A DNA stretch of 64,000 bases from a virus, in the IMG/VR virus record IMGVR_UViG_3300026875_000002; one strand, 5' to 3'. Below the pieces are notes generated by a model. It saw only the letters and a program-made list of their open reading frames with translations, searched no databases and was not told the origin of the DNA. Position numbers and translations under genes: made by a program. Below are positions 28,123-35,568 of the stretch, in pieces; positions within the stretch are counted from its first letter, which is position 1; each line of letters begins with the position of its first letter.

Positions 28123-28365
28123 ATGACTAAATGGATGGAAAAAAATGAAGCTATGAAGGTGGGAAATCTTCCCGTAAATTTTGGGGAAATTCAAGCAAAG
28201 AAGTCTATGGAATCATTAAATAATATTATTGATGATATATTACAGGGAGATCAAGAAGACTCTGATGATTCATATCAGTTTAATGAATCTTTTATAAAAA
28301 CCATAAAGGATAGGGAAAAACAAAAATCTATTGAAATCACTGATTTAAATCAATTATTTGAATGA
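28123..28365 (+). CDS. Putative antitoxin of the downstream RelE-like toxin
   Basis: Small acidic ORF directly upstream of the toxin; C-terminal IEITDLNQLFE typical of such antitoxins. Confidence 0.6.
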   Translation: MTKWMEKNEAMKVGNLPVNFGEIQAKKSMESLNNIIDDILQGDQEDSDDSYQFNESFIKTIKDREKQKSIEITDLNQLFE

Positions 28366-28374
28366 TATGATATA

Positions 28375-28641
28375 ATGTATAGAACAACGTTTAAAGAAGG
28401 TTTTTTAGAGGATACTAAGAAGATTAAAGATAAAAAATCTCAGGAAAATCTTAAAAAGAAAATTGAAGAAATTGCAACTATTTTGGAGTTTAGTCCTAAT
28501 CATTTTAAACCTCTGAAAAAACCTTTGCAGGGGTATTCTCGTGTTCATGTTAATGATTCATTTGTGTTGATTTTTAGAGTTTATTCTGATGATAAGACTG
28601 TTGATTTTGTTAAGTATGCTCATCATGATGAAGCATATTGA
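28375..28641 (+). CDS. RelE/ParE/YafQ-superfamily toxin
   Basis: Y.....F.ED.KK, KPLKKPLQGYSRVHV..FVLIFRV, C-terminal HHDEAY. Confidence 0.8.
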   Translation: MYRTTFKEGFLEDTKKIKDKKSQENLKKKIEEIATILEFSPNHFKPLKKPLQGYSRVHVNDSFVLIFRVYSDDKTVDFVKYAHHDEAY

Positions 28642-28679
28642 TTTACTTATTTTTTTTTTAATTATTTTATTATTATATA

Positions 28680-29020
28680 TAATATAATATAATATAATCT
28701 AATCTAATTTACACTTGAAATTATACTATATGTTTTATTTCTAGTATAACACCTTCCCGCGAATATAGGGGCACCCCTAATGTACATCATGTACATCGTT
28801 CCTTCGAAACAACCATATATTCTTTAAAAAGACAATTAAAATGGCAAGAGAGTATATTTTAATTAAATAAGATGTATATTATCATTAAATTATGTATAAT
28901 CTATTTAAATTTATATTTAATATTTGGATGTACATGATGTACATCTATAAGAAGGGTATTTTTTGGAAAAATAAACTTACATTTGAAATAAAACATGTAG
29001 TAATATTACAAGTGTAAATA
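28680..29020. other. Candidate replication origin: mini-ORB-like elements and an 18-bp inverted repeat around an AT-rich core
   Basis: TTACACTTGAAAT 28709-28721; TTACATTTGAAAT 28977-28989; reverse copy ATTACAAGTGTAA 29005-29017; inverted repeat 28780-28797 / 28927-28944. Confidence 0.55.
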
Positions 29021-29059
29021 AATCAAAACATTTATATAGTACTTCTTTTATATTCTAAT

Positions 29060-29079
29060 ATAGTACTATATAGTACTAT
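29060..29079. promoter_or_regulatory. Perfect 20-bp palindrome ATAGTACTATATAGTACTAT, probable operator of the AbrB-like gene
   Basis: Self-complementary; abuts the start of ORF 29080. Confidence 0.5.
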
Positions 29080-29268
29080 TTGAATTTAAAGGAAGTGAAA
29101 AAAATTGAAATAAAGAAAACAAGTACGACTATGAAAATTAATAAAACATCTAATGCTTTAAGAACAAATATACCAGTAGATATACAAAAACAAATGAATT
29201 TAACAGAAAAAGATTTGATTTTATGGCATTATGATGGAAAAGATGTTAGAGTGAAAAAAGTAGAATAA
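29080..29268 (+). CDS. AbrB/SpoVT-like (swapped-hairpin) regulator
   Basis: LRTNIPVDIQKQMNLTEKDLILW...VRVKK pattern. Confidence 0.75.
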   Translation: MNLKEVKKIEIKKTSTTMKINKTSNALRTNIPVDIQKQMNLTEKDLILWHYDGKDVRVKKVE

Positions 29269-29331
29269 ACTAACAACTTCCAAATTACAAGTTTATTCTA
29301 CTATTGATACATTAAAATAGCAAAAAACTAT

Positions 29332-29367
29332 AGTAATGTAATTACTATTTTTATTAATTACATTACT
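29332..29367. promoter_or_regulatory. 13-bp inverted repeat AGTAATGTAATTA-N10-TAATTACATTACT upstream of an RHH gene
   Basis: Perfect arms, 25 bp before ORF 29393. Confidence 0.45.
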
Positions 29368-29392
29368 TATAATTTTTTACTTATTTTTTGAT

Positions 29393-29755
29393 GTGTCCAT
29401 TAGGAGGCATATTATGTCTTTAAAACAGTGTCGATTAAATATGGAAGCAGATTTGTGGAACAAGTTTTCTGAAGTATGTCGAAATGAGAATACGAACTTC
29501 TCTGAAAAAGTCAGAGAACTCATCACCAATTATATTAACACGAATACAGAGGAAACCGTGGACCTCAGTGAAGTCTACGACCTCATAGATAGGATCGTCC
29601 AAAGGAGTGGTCATATCTCTGTAGAATGTATACAAAGAAACACCACCACAGGACAAGAACAAGCAGTACTCAAGTACTGCAAACAAAAAAATTACCCAAT
29701 CGTATCCGAGAAATGGTACGAGGAAGGACGCGCGCACAAATGGGAAAACTGGTAA
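29393..29755 (+). CDS. RHH (CopG-like) DNA-binding protein
   Basis: RLNMEADLWNKFSEVCRNENTNFSEKVRELITNYI. The true start may be ATG 29414. Confidence 0.65.
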   Translation: MSIRRHIMSLKQCRLNMEADLWNKFSEVCRNENTNFSEKVRELITNYINTNTEETVDLSEVYDLIDRIVQRSGHISVECIQRNTTTGQEQAVLKYCKQKNYPIVSEKWYEEGRAHKWENW

Positions 29756-29790
29756 CCACAAATTGAATTGAATTATAGAAGGGGAGACTC

Positions 29791-30297
29791 ATGAATGAAT
29801 GGAACGAATTCAAAAAAGAAATAACCACCAACATAAAAAAACTACAAAAAAAATACAACCAGGAGGGCAACACAGAAATAAACACCCTCCTAAGAAAACT
29901 ACAAAGACAAAAAAACTACAAAGAAATAAACACACTACGAAGAGAACTATACACACAAATAGACAAACACATTACACCCGAAATACACCTAATATGCAGT
30001 GTCAACCGTAAAACCAAAGATGGAATAATCTACGAATCAATAAACCCACAAATAATAGAAGACATCACAGACAAAAAAATCAGAGAACTAATAGAATATC
30101 AAAGACAATACTGCCACGATGAACGCTACAACATAGAATTCATCATGGAAAAAGGCATACTAAACAATAGTCAATATGGATCATACACAACCATAGAAAA
30201 AAGAGACTGTACTCAGTATGTTATGGGATTACTGGAAAACCTAGAATTCCATACAGCATATGAACAATACACCCAGCAAGGAGTTGCACAAGAATGA
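29791..30297 (+). CDS. Hypothetical protein
   Basis: 168-aa ORF with RBS ggggag. Confidence 0.65.
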   Translation: MNEWNEFKKEITTNIKKLQKKYNQEGNTEINTLLRKLQRQKNYKEINTLRRELYTQIDKHITPEIHLICSVNRKTKDGIIYESINPQIIEDITDKKIRELIEYQRQYCHDERYNIEFIMEKGILNNSQYGSYTTIEKRDCTQYVMGLLENLEFHTAYEQYTQQGVAQE

Positions 30298-30428
30298 AAA
30301 ACCTAGACAGATGGAGTACTAGTATGAAGTTAGAAGAAAAATTAATCTTTAAAATATTAAGAAAACTAAAATTACTTGACCAGAGGGATATTAATACATT
30401 CTTCAACTAAACTAAAGGGAGAGGTATT

Positions 30429-30587
30429 ATGTATAGTAAATTAGTTGAATTAAATAAAATTCGGACAGCTATACTCTATGGAGAAGTAAACTATGAATAT
30501 TACACATACTGGCTACATAAGTATGGTAAATATTATACTAAAAAAGAATTAAAAGAATTAGAAAAATTATACAGGAAGTGGGAATAA
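30429..30587 (+). CDS. Small hypothetical protein (52 aa), not in ORF track
   Basis: RBS gaggt; reads MYSKLVELNKIRTAILYGEV...LYRKWE; stop overlaps the next ATG (taatg). Confidence 0.55.
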   Translation: MYSKLVELNKIRTAILYGEVNYEYYTYWLHKYGKYYTKKELKELEKLYRKWE

Positions 30588-30811
30588 TGAATACAAAAAC
30601 AATATACAATGCATTATTACGAAACTATAAAGACTTTTTAGAAGTATATCATGCTATAGAAAAGGAAATAGACAAATATGAGAAAAAAGATTCCGATAAA
30701 TATCATGAGGATATTTATCACCTTAACGCTCAACATTACCTATTAAACCCGTTAAAAAAGGAGTATCAGAAAATACTTCAAGAATTCAAGGAAAGCTACG
30801 AGGTGGAATAA
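30587..30811 (+). CDS. Hypothetical helical protein
   Basis: ORF track 30578-30811; coupled ATG at 30587. Confidence 0.6.
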   Translation: MNTKTIYNALLRNYKDFLEVYHAIEKEIDKYEKKDSDKYHEDIYHLNAQHYLLNPLKKEYQKILQEFKESYEVE

Positions 30812-30909
30812 TGAAGGGGGATGATGCAGTATTCATAGTAGGACTACTTGCCCTGTTCATCTGTCTATATATAGTGTCAAGGTATCATGCCCTTGCGTTT
30901 TGGTGGTGA
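30811..30909 (+). CDS. Small membrane peptide (32 aa), not in ORF track
   Basis: MKGDDAVFIVGLLALFICLYIVSRYHALAFWW; coupled to the upstream stop, RBS gaggtgg. Confidence 0.45.
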   Translation: MKGDDAVFIVGLLALFICLYIVSRYHALAFWW

Positions 30910-30913
30910 TATT

Positions 30914-31351
30914 ATGATGGATTACAGTGTGTATATACTCGACTATGAGGAGGAAACGGGCAAGATCATACCTAGCCGGCAGCGTGTGATGCGTTTTCTC
31001 AACTTCGTGCAGACAAAGAATGTTCCCATAACAGAGTGGATCAATACATTCTATGAGTATCAGGATTTATTTTTGGATAAATTAAGTCCAAAATCAAAAA
31101 TAGTATACAGAAGTAATATCATTAGATTCATAAAATACACCATGGAACACTTTCACGGAAAGCAGGAAAGTGTTATACAAGCACATGACCACGGGGAAAA
31201 CACGATATTAAAAAGTGTACTTGAGAAAGAGAAACAAGAGAAACAATCCCTGTCGAAAATTGGTGAAGTTACAAGTAAACCTATACGAAAAGATGAAAAA
31301 AGGAAGAAGAAGCATACTACGAGGATAGTGAATCATTGGAGGTACATATAA
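30914..31351 (+). CDS. Protein with an integrase N-terminal SAM-like helical domain and a basic tail
   Basis: EYQDLFLDKLSPKSKIVYRSNIIRFIKY resembles the core-binding domain. Start adjusted to the ATG after ggtgat. Confidence 0.4.
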   Translation: MMDYSVYILDYEEETGKIIPSRQRVMRFLNFVQTKNVPITEWINTFYEYQDLFLDKLSPKSKIVYRSNIIRFIKYTMEHFHGKQESVIQAHDHGENTILKSVLEKEKQEKQSLSKIGEVTSKPIRKDEKRKKKHTTRIVNHWRYI

Positions 31352-31719
31352 TGATAACACACGAAGGATTAATGAAGATTTATAAACAAGAAATGGGACG
31401 AGCAAAATTGGCGGAAGTCCCATCAACATTCTATGAGGACTGCCGAGATATTATACGTAGAACCACTGAGGCCTATAAGAAAACATTAAATCCCCTCCAA
31501 AGAAGGTTAATCAATAATTACACGAATATCATAGCACAAATACAAACCAGAAGATATGAAAAAATAGTTTATGCTGCACTAAATGAAAAAACGTTACAAT
31601 ATATGGTAGGAAGTGAAAAAAACCTCTACCATGACATAAAGAAATTTAATGAGAATAAAGAGAATATAACAGAAGGAGAAGAAAATGATACAAAATTCAA
31701 CATACACTACAGCAGATAA
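31351..31719 (+). CDS. GINS-family protein (helical A-domain only)
   Basis: ITHEGL..IYKQE...LAEVPSTFYED..QTRRYEKIV..A..MVGSEKNLY parallels archaeal Gins51 N-terminal domains. Confidence 0.65.
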   Translation: MITHEGLMKIYKQEMGRAKLAEVPSTFYEDCRDIIRRTTEAYKKTLNPLQRRLINNYTNIIAQIQTRRYEKIVYAALNEKTLQYMVGSEKNLYHDIKKFNENKENITEGEENDTKFNIHYSR

Positions 31720-32449
31720 AATACACAATGAATCTCACATATATAAGAAGATTCAAAGAGGAAAAAAGTATTTCCTCAACTCCAAAGTAAAACAATCTGG
31801 AAGAAACAACTTCCAGAAATACAACTACTTTGAACTAGGAGATATAGAACCAATACTCCTAGACTTCTGTGAAAAAGAAAACATCACTACTCGTTTTAAC
31901 TTCACGCGTAGTGAAGCACTCCTTATCATACGAGATGAGGAAACAGGGGAAGAAGTATACTATAGTATACCATTACCCGTAGTTGAAACAAAAGATCCCA
32001 GAAAAGCAATGCAAGAAATTGGGTCTTTACAGACATATGCTATGAGGTACTTGTACCTCCAAGCATTTGAAATAGTAATAAATGATTCAATTGATGTACA
32101 AGATAATACCCATAAACATCCTGAAAAGAATACCACCAATAAAACAAGAAATACTACTCCATTAAAAAGTAGTATTCCAAAACAACATAATAATATAACA
32201 AGAAACGCAAACACAAGTAACAATACCCAGAAAGTAAGAGATGACAATGAAATAAGCAGAACAGAATTAGAATATGCAATCAAGAACCTCCAAAAAGAAC
32301 TCAAAAAGGAGGGTTTGACACGTGAACCTGAATTTGTCATAAATCGTGCTGTGCAGAAGTATGGTAAAGATAGTGACATGACCCGCGGGATAAGGAAACT
32401 CTACAAAAAAGTAGAGAATAATTATGATAAAAAATATGTGACATATTAG
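31685..32449 (+). CDS. ERF-family single-strand annealing protein
   Basis: KQSGRNNFQKYNYFELGDI, GSLQTYAMRYLY..AFEI...D.ID motifs. Confidence 0.85.
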   Translation: MIQNSTYTTADKIHNESHIYKKIQRGKKYFLNSKVKQSGRNNFQKYNYFELGDIEPILLDFCEKENITTRFNFTRSEALLIIRDEETGEEVYYSIPLPVVETKDPRKAMQEIGSLQTYAMRYLYLQAFEIVINDSIDVQDNTHKHPEKNTTNKTRNTTPLKSSIPKQHNNITRNANTSNNTQKVRDDNEISRTELEYAIKNLQKELKKEGLTREPEFVINRAVQKYGKDSDMTRGIRKLYKKVENNYDKKYVTY

Positions 32450-32513
32450 GAAAGGGTATTCTAAAAGCGTTACATGTATTATAGAATAAATAAAGAAGAG
32501 TAGGAACCATGGG

Positions 32514-32909
32514 GTGATAATCATGGTACAAACAGTATTCATAATACAAAATAATAAAATAAACGGAGTACAAAAGATAGAAGCACCAAAGAAAAAAGTT
32601 AAAATAATTTATAAACAAAAAAGATGTCATTACTCTGGATGTAATAACCGTTTTACACCAAGGGCACCACACCAACTCTACTGCTCAGATGAGTGTAGGT
32701 ACTATAGTGATATAGACCATACACTCGAAAGAGTACGGAAATTCCGAAAGAAATATGGAAATGTTCTTCGAGAATTACCAGGATATGTGGGTATGTCTCT
32801 TGGTACAGGAAAACTTGGAGAACATAGATGTGATAGTATGGAAGAGGAGAAACGGAAGATACAACAAGAGATAAGAGCACTCGGCCTTACTTCTGTTGTA
32901 TCTTATTAA
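32514..32909 (+). CDS. Zn-finger protein (CxxxxC...YCSxECR)
   Basis: RCHYSGCNNRF...LYCSDECR; paralogue of 33985-34248. Confidence 0.7.
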   Translation: MIIMVQTVFIIQNNKINGVQKIEAPKKKVKIIYKQKRCHYSGCNNRFTPRAPHQLYCSDECRYYSDIDHTLERVRKFRKKYGNVLRELPGYVGMSLGTGKLGEHRCDSMEEEKRKIQQEIRALGLTSVVSY

Positions 32910-32989
32910 ACTCTTTTATTTTTATGAGAATATAAAAATACATAATAAAACAATAACTTACTATATGTAAAAATTAAGGAGGGACTAAC

Positions 32990-33568
32990 ATGATACATAT
33001 AGAAACAAGAAGTGTGTTATTTGTAAGAGGATATAGTGATGAGTTATTTAAATATCAGTATACTTCAAAAGAAAAAATGATTCTAGAAGATGACTCATAT
33101 ATTACACGACGAATAGACTCTACAAATCCTAGTGGAACATGGAATTACTATAATAAAAACAATAAATTCATAAGAAAAATACCAATAGAGGAATATCCAT
33201 TTAAAGGAGTAATACCCGAGAATGGAGATGAAGAAGATGATCAATATGGAGTAATATATTTTGCAGATGTAGACATAACCCTAAAGGATTTTAAAAAAGA
33301 AAAATTAGACATAACCATGCTTAAAAAAGTACAAGAAAAAATAAATAAACAAATTACTCTTTCAAACTTAGAAAAAGGTTTGAAAATATTCTTCTTAAAA
33401 ACCATTGAAGAAGGAGAAAAAGGATGGTGCCCTAATGATCGTTGGTTACCTTGTACTATTTGTAGTTTATTTAACGATCTTGACAAGACTAATGCAAGGA
33501 TTAATGATAAATTTTGGGATTATTTAATGAATAATCTTGACACAATCTATGAATTATCTCAATCATGA
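32990..33568 (+). CDS. Hypothetical protein
   Basis: 192-aa ORF with strong RBS aggaggg. Confidence 0.7.
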   Translation: MIHIETRSVLFVRGYSDELFKYQYTSKEKMILEDDSYITRRIDSTNPSGTWNYYNKNNKFIRKIPIEEYPFKGVIPENGDEEDDQYGVIYFADVDITLKDFKKEKLDITMLKKVQEKINKQITLSNLEKGLKIFFLKTIEEGEKGWCPNDRWLPCTICSLFNDLDKTNARINDKFWDYLMNNLDTIYELSQS

Positions 33569-33706
33569 ATGAAAAATATATTTTTCTCCCATCCTTCAAC
33601 AATTTTCTTTTTTTTAAAATCGTTACATGTAGAGTGATGGGAGATAGTTAATCATAATGTATGGTTATCTTAAAAGCGGTAATAGTATAGAAATAGAAAT
33701 GAAAAC

Positions 33707-34093
33707 TTGGAATCAAAAATGAAAATATACAACAAACCCGGAAGAGAACACAACACAAACAATGAAGAACCCATGAAAAAAGGAATAACAAAAGTAGACA
33801 ATGGATACACAATACGACACACAATCAACGGAAAGACATACTACTATGGATGCTACAAAACACTAGAAGAAGCAACAAAGATAAATCATAAACTACTCAC
33901 AACAGTAAAAGACATAAAACTATACAGCACACAACACACAAAATTACACGGAAAAAAATACAAACAAAAAATAATAAGAGAATTATGTGGAAAAAAAGAA
34001 AACACAAATGTAAATGGTGCGGAAAAACATACTACCGCAGACAAAAAAACACACAATACTGCAGTGAAGAATGCAGAAAACAAGGAACATTAG
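33707..34093 (+). CDS. AP2-like DNA-binding domain protein
   Basis: KGITKVDNGYTIRHTINGKTYYYGCYKTLEEA. The 3' part overlaps the Zn-finger ORF. Confidence 0.6.
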   Translation: MESKMKIYNKPGREHNTNNEEPMKKGITKVDNGYTIRHTINGKTYYYGCYKTLEEATKINHKLLTTVKDIKLYSTQHTKLHGKKYKQKIIRELCGKKENTNVNGAEKHTTADKKTHNTAVKNAENKEH

Positions 34094-34248
34094 AAAAAAA
34101 CCGAAAACGTGTAGAAAAATACAGAAAAAAATATCCACAACAACAAGTAGGAACAAGCAACATAAGCCAACACAGAAACAAGGAAAATGATAATAACAAA
34201 GAACAAAACATCATAGAAAAAGAGAAAAGAAGAATTCATATCAAATAA
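33985..34248 (+). CDS. Zn-finger protein (CxxC...YCSxECR)
   Basis: KCKWCGKTY...QYCSEECR; paralogue of 32514-32909. Confidence 0.65.
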   Translation: MWKKRKHKCKWCGKTYYRRQKNTQYCSEECRKQGTLEKNRKRVEKYRKKYPQQQVGTSNISQHRNKENDNNKEQNIIEKEKRRIHIK

Positions 34249-34267
34249 AATTACTACACTTTATACA

Positions 34268-34342
34268 TGTGTATGGAAGTATATGCATATAATGACTAAC
34301 CAATTAATGGTTTGGTGGTTTGAATCCACCCCTACACAACCA
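34268..34342 (+). ncRNA. Degenerate tRNA-like cloverleaf ending in CCA
   Basis: Acceptor TGTGTATG/CCTACACA (1 mismatch), T-arm GGTGG-TTTGAAT-CCACC, AACCA/TGGTT stem, 3' ACCA. Lacks D-loop GG and a variable loop. Confidence 0.3.
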
Positions 34343-34465
34343 TTTTATATGAATGATACGTACCAGTACTAATTGGTTAAAAATGTGTTGTAAAAAAGGC
34401 ACAGCGTATCCCCTAAGAATAAAACATGATCTTATAAAAAAAAGTAGAATTGGAGGTAATAAAAC

Positions 34466-34672
34466 ATGACAGAAATACCTAAAGCACCAATAACAAGAAT
34501 AGTAAAAAATGCAGGAGCAGAAAGAATAAGCAAAGAAGCAGAACAAAAAATAGTAGAAGCAGTAGAACAATACACCAATAAACTAGCATTAGCAGTAATA
34601 GACCTAGCAAAACACGCAGACAGAAAAACAATACAAGTAGAAGATGTAGAACTAACACTCAAACACTTCTAA
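34466..34672 (+). CDS. Archaeal histone (HMf family)
   Basis: P.APITRIVKNAGAERIS...LAKHADRKTIQVEDV aligns without gaps with HMfB. Confidence 0.95.
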   Translation: MTEIPKAPITRIVKNAGAERISKEAEQKIVEAVEQYTNKLALAVIDLAKHADRKTIQVEDVELTLKHF

Positions 34673-35322
34673 AACCTCAACTCCTAAATTCACCCCCTCA
34701 CAAAAAAGTTACTTTTCGTTACATGATACATATGAAGATAATAAAAAATAGTAAATGATATCATGCACGTTGGAGTAACAGGACACAACAAGATAACAAA
34801 AATCTTTTGATGAAAAATGATGGTAACGACAGGATAATATAAAAATAATAATAATAATAATGATTATTTCATTAAATTTCTTTGTAAAAAGGAAACAAAC
34901 TATACAATAGTAAAATTATAATCTAATCAAATAAAAAAAAGTGATATCTACACTAGTAGAAAAGTATGAACTGTAAACATAAAGAAAAATTGAAACCGAG
35001 TCCTATTTTTCTTTGGATAAAGCTGATGAAGAGTAAATATTATTTTGATTATAAAACAGATTATACCAGACCCCTAGTTGTAAATATTATTTTCATACGT
35101 CTAGTCCTGGTTGATATTTTATATTACAGCAGACGCATAATCCCCCTTAATGGATATATTTCTATTGTATACTAGTGAATTTATTTAATATTGAATAAAT
35201 TATACTCATAGTTTAGTATATTAAATTAGTATATTAAAAATAATGTAAAAAAAAAGTTGGGGGTTCGATTCCCCCGTTACCAAATAAATCCTTTACGAGA
35301 TAATTTCAATGAAGATTCAAAA

Positions 35323-35523
35323 ATGACAGAAAAAGAAGTGAAATACAAGAAAATATACGTAAAAGTATGTCCAGAATGTAGAAACACGATCTTCAAAAAG
35401 GATTACTCCAGAAATGAAGTATACTGTAGTGCTTGTGGACTGGTATTAATAGCTCCTCCCGTATCAGGAATTATAACACCAGGATTCAAGATAATTACAA
35501 TAAAAATACCTATATTAAAATAA
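35323..35523 (+). CDS. Stand-alone TFIIB/TFB-type zinc-ribbon protein (66 aa)
   Basis: VCPECRNTIFKKDYSRNEVYCSACGLVL matches the TFB N-terminal ribbon. Start moved from TTG 35257 to ATG 35323. Confidence 0.8.
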   Translation: MTEKEVKYKKIYVKVCPECRNTIFKKDYSRNEVYCSACGLVLIAPPVSGIITPGFKIITIKIPILK

Positions 35524-35535
35524 AATTTATTAGAT

Positions 35536-35568
35536 GCTCCCATTTAGTTGTGAAAAACTAGGGGGAGC
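35536..35568 (+). terminator. Hairpin downstream of the Zn-ribbon gene
   Basis: GCTCCC/GGGAGC outer stem plus TAGTT/AACTA inner stem. Confidence 0.35.

Noticed and set aside
34966-35175. 69-aa ORF between the histone and Zn-ribbon genes
   Set aside because: No clear RBS, no recognisable motif and atypical codon style; left unannotated.
35257-35322. TTG-initiated N-terminal extension of the Zn-ribbon ORF, or a full tRNA at 35259
   Set aside because: The extension runs through the T-arm hairpin and has no RBS. The upstream DNA cannot form D, anticodon or acceptor arms, so this is not a tRNA gene.
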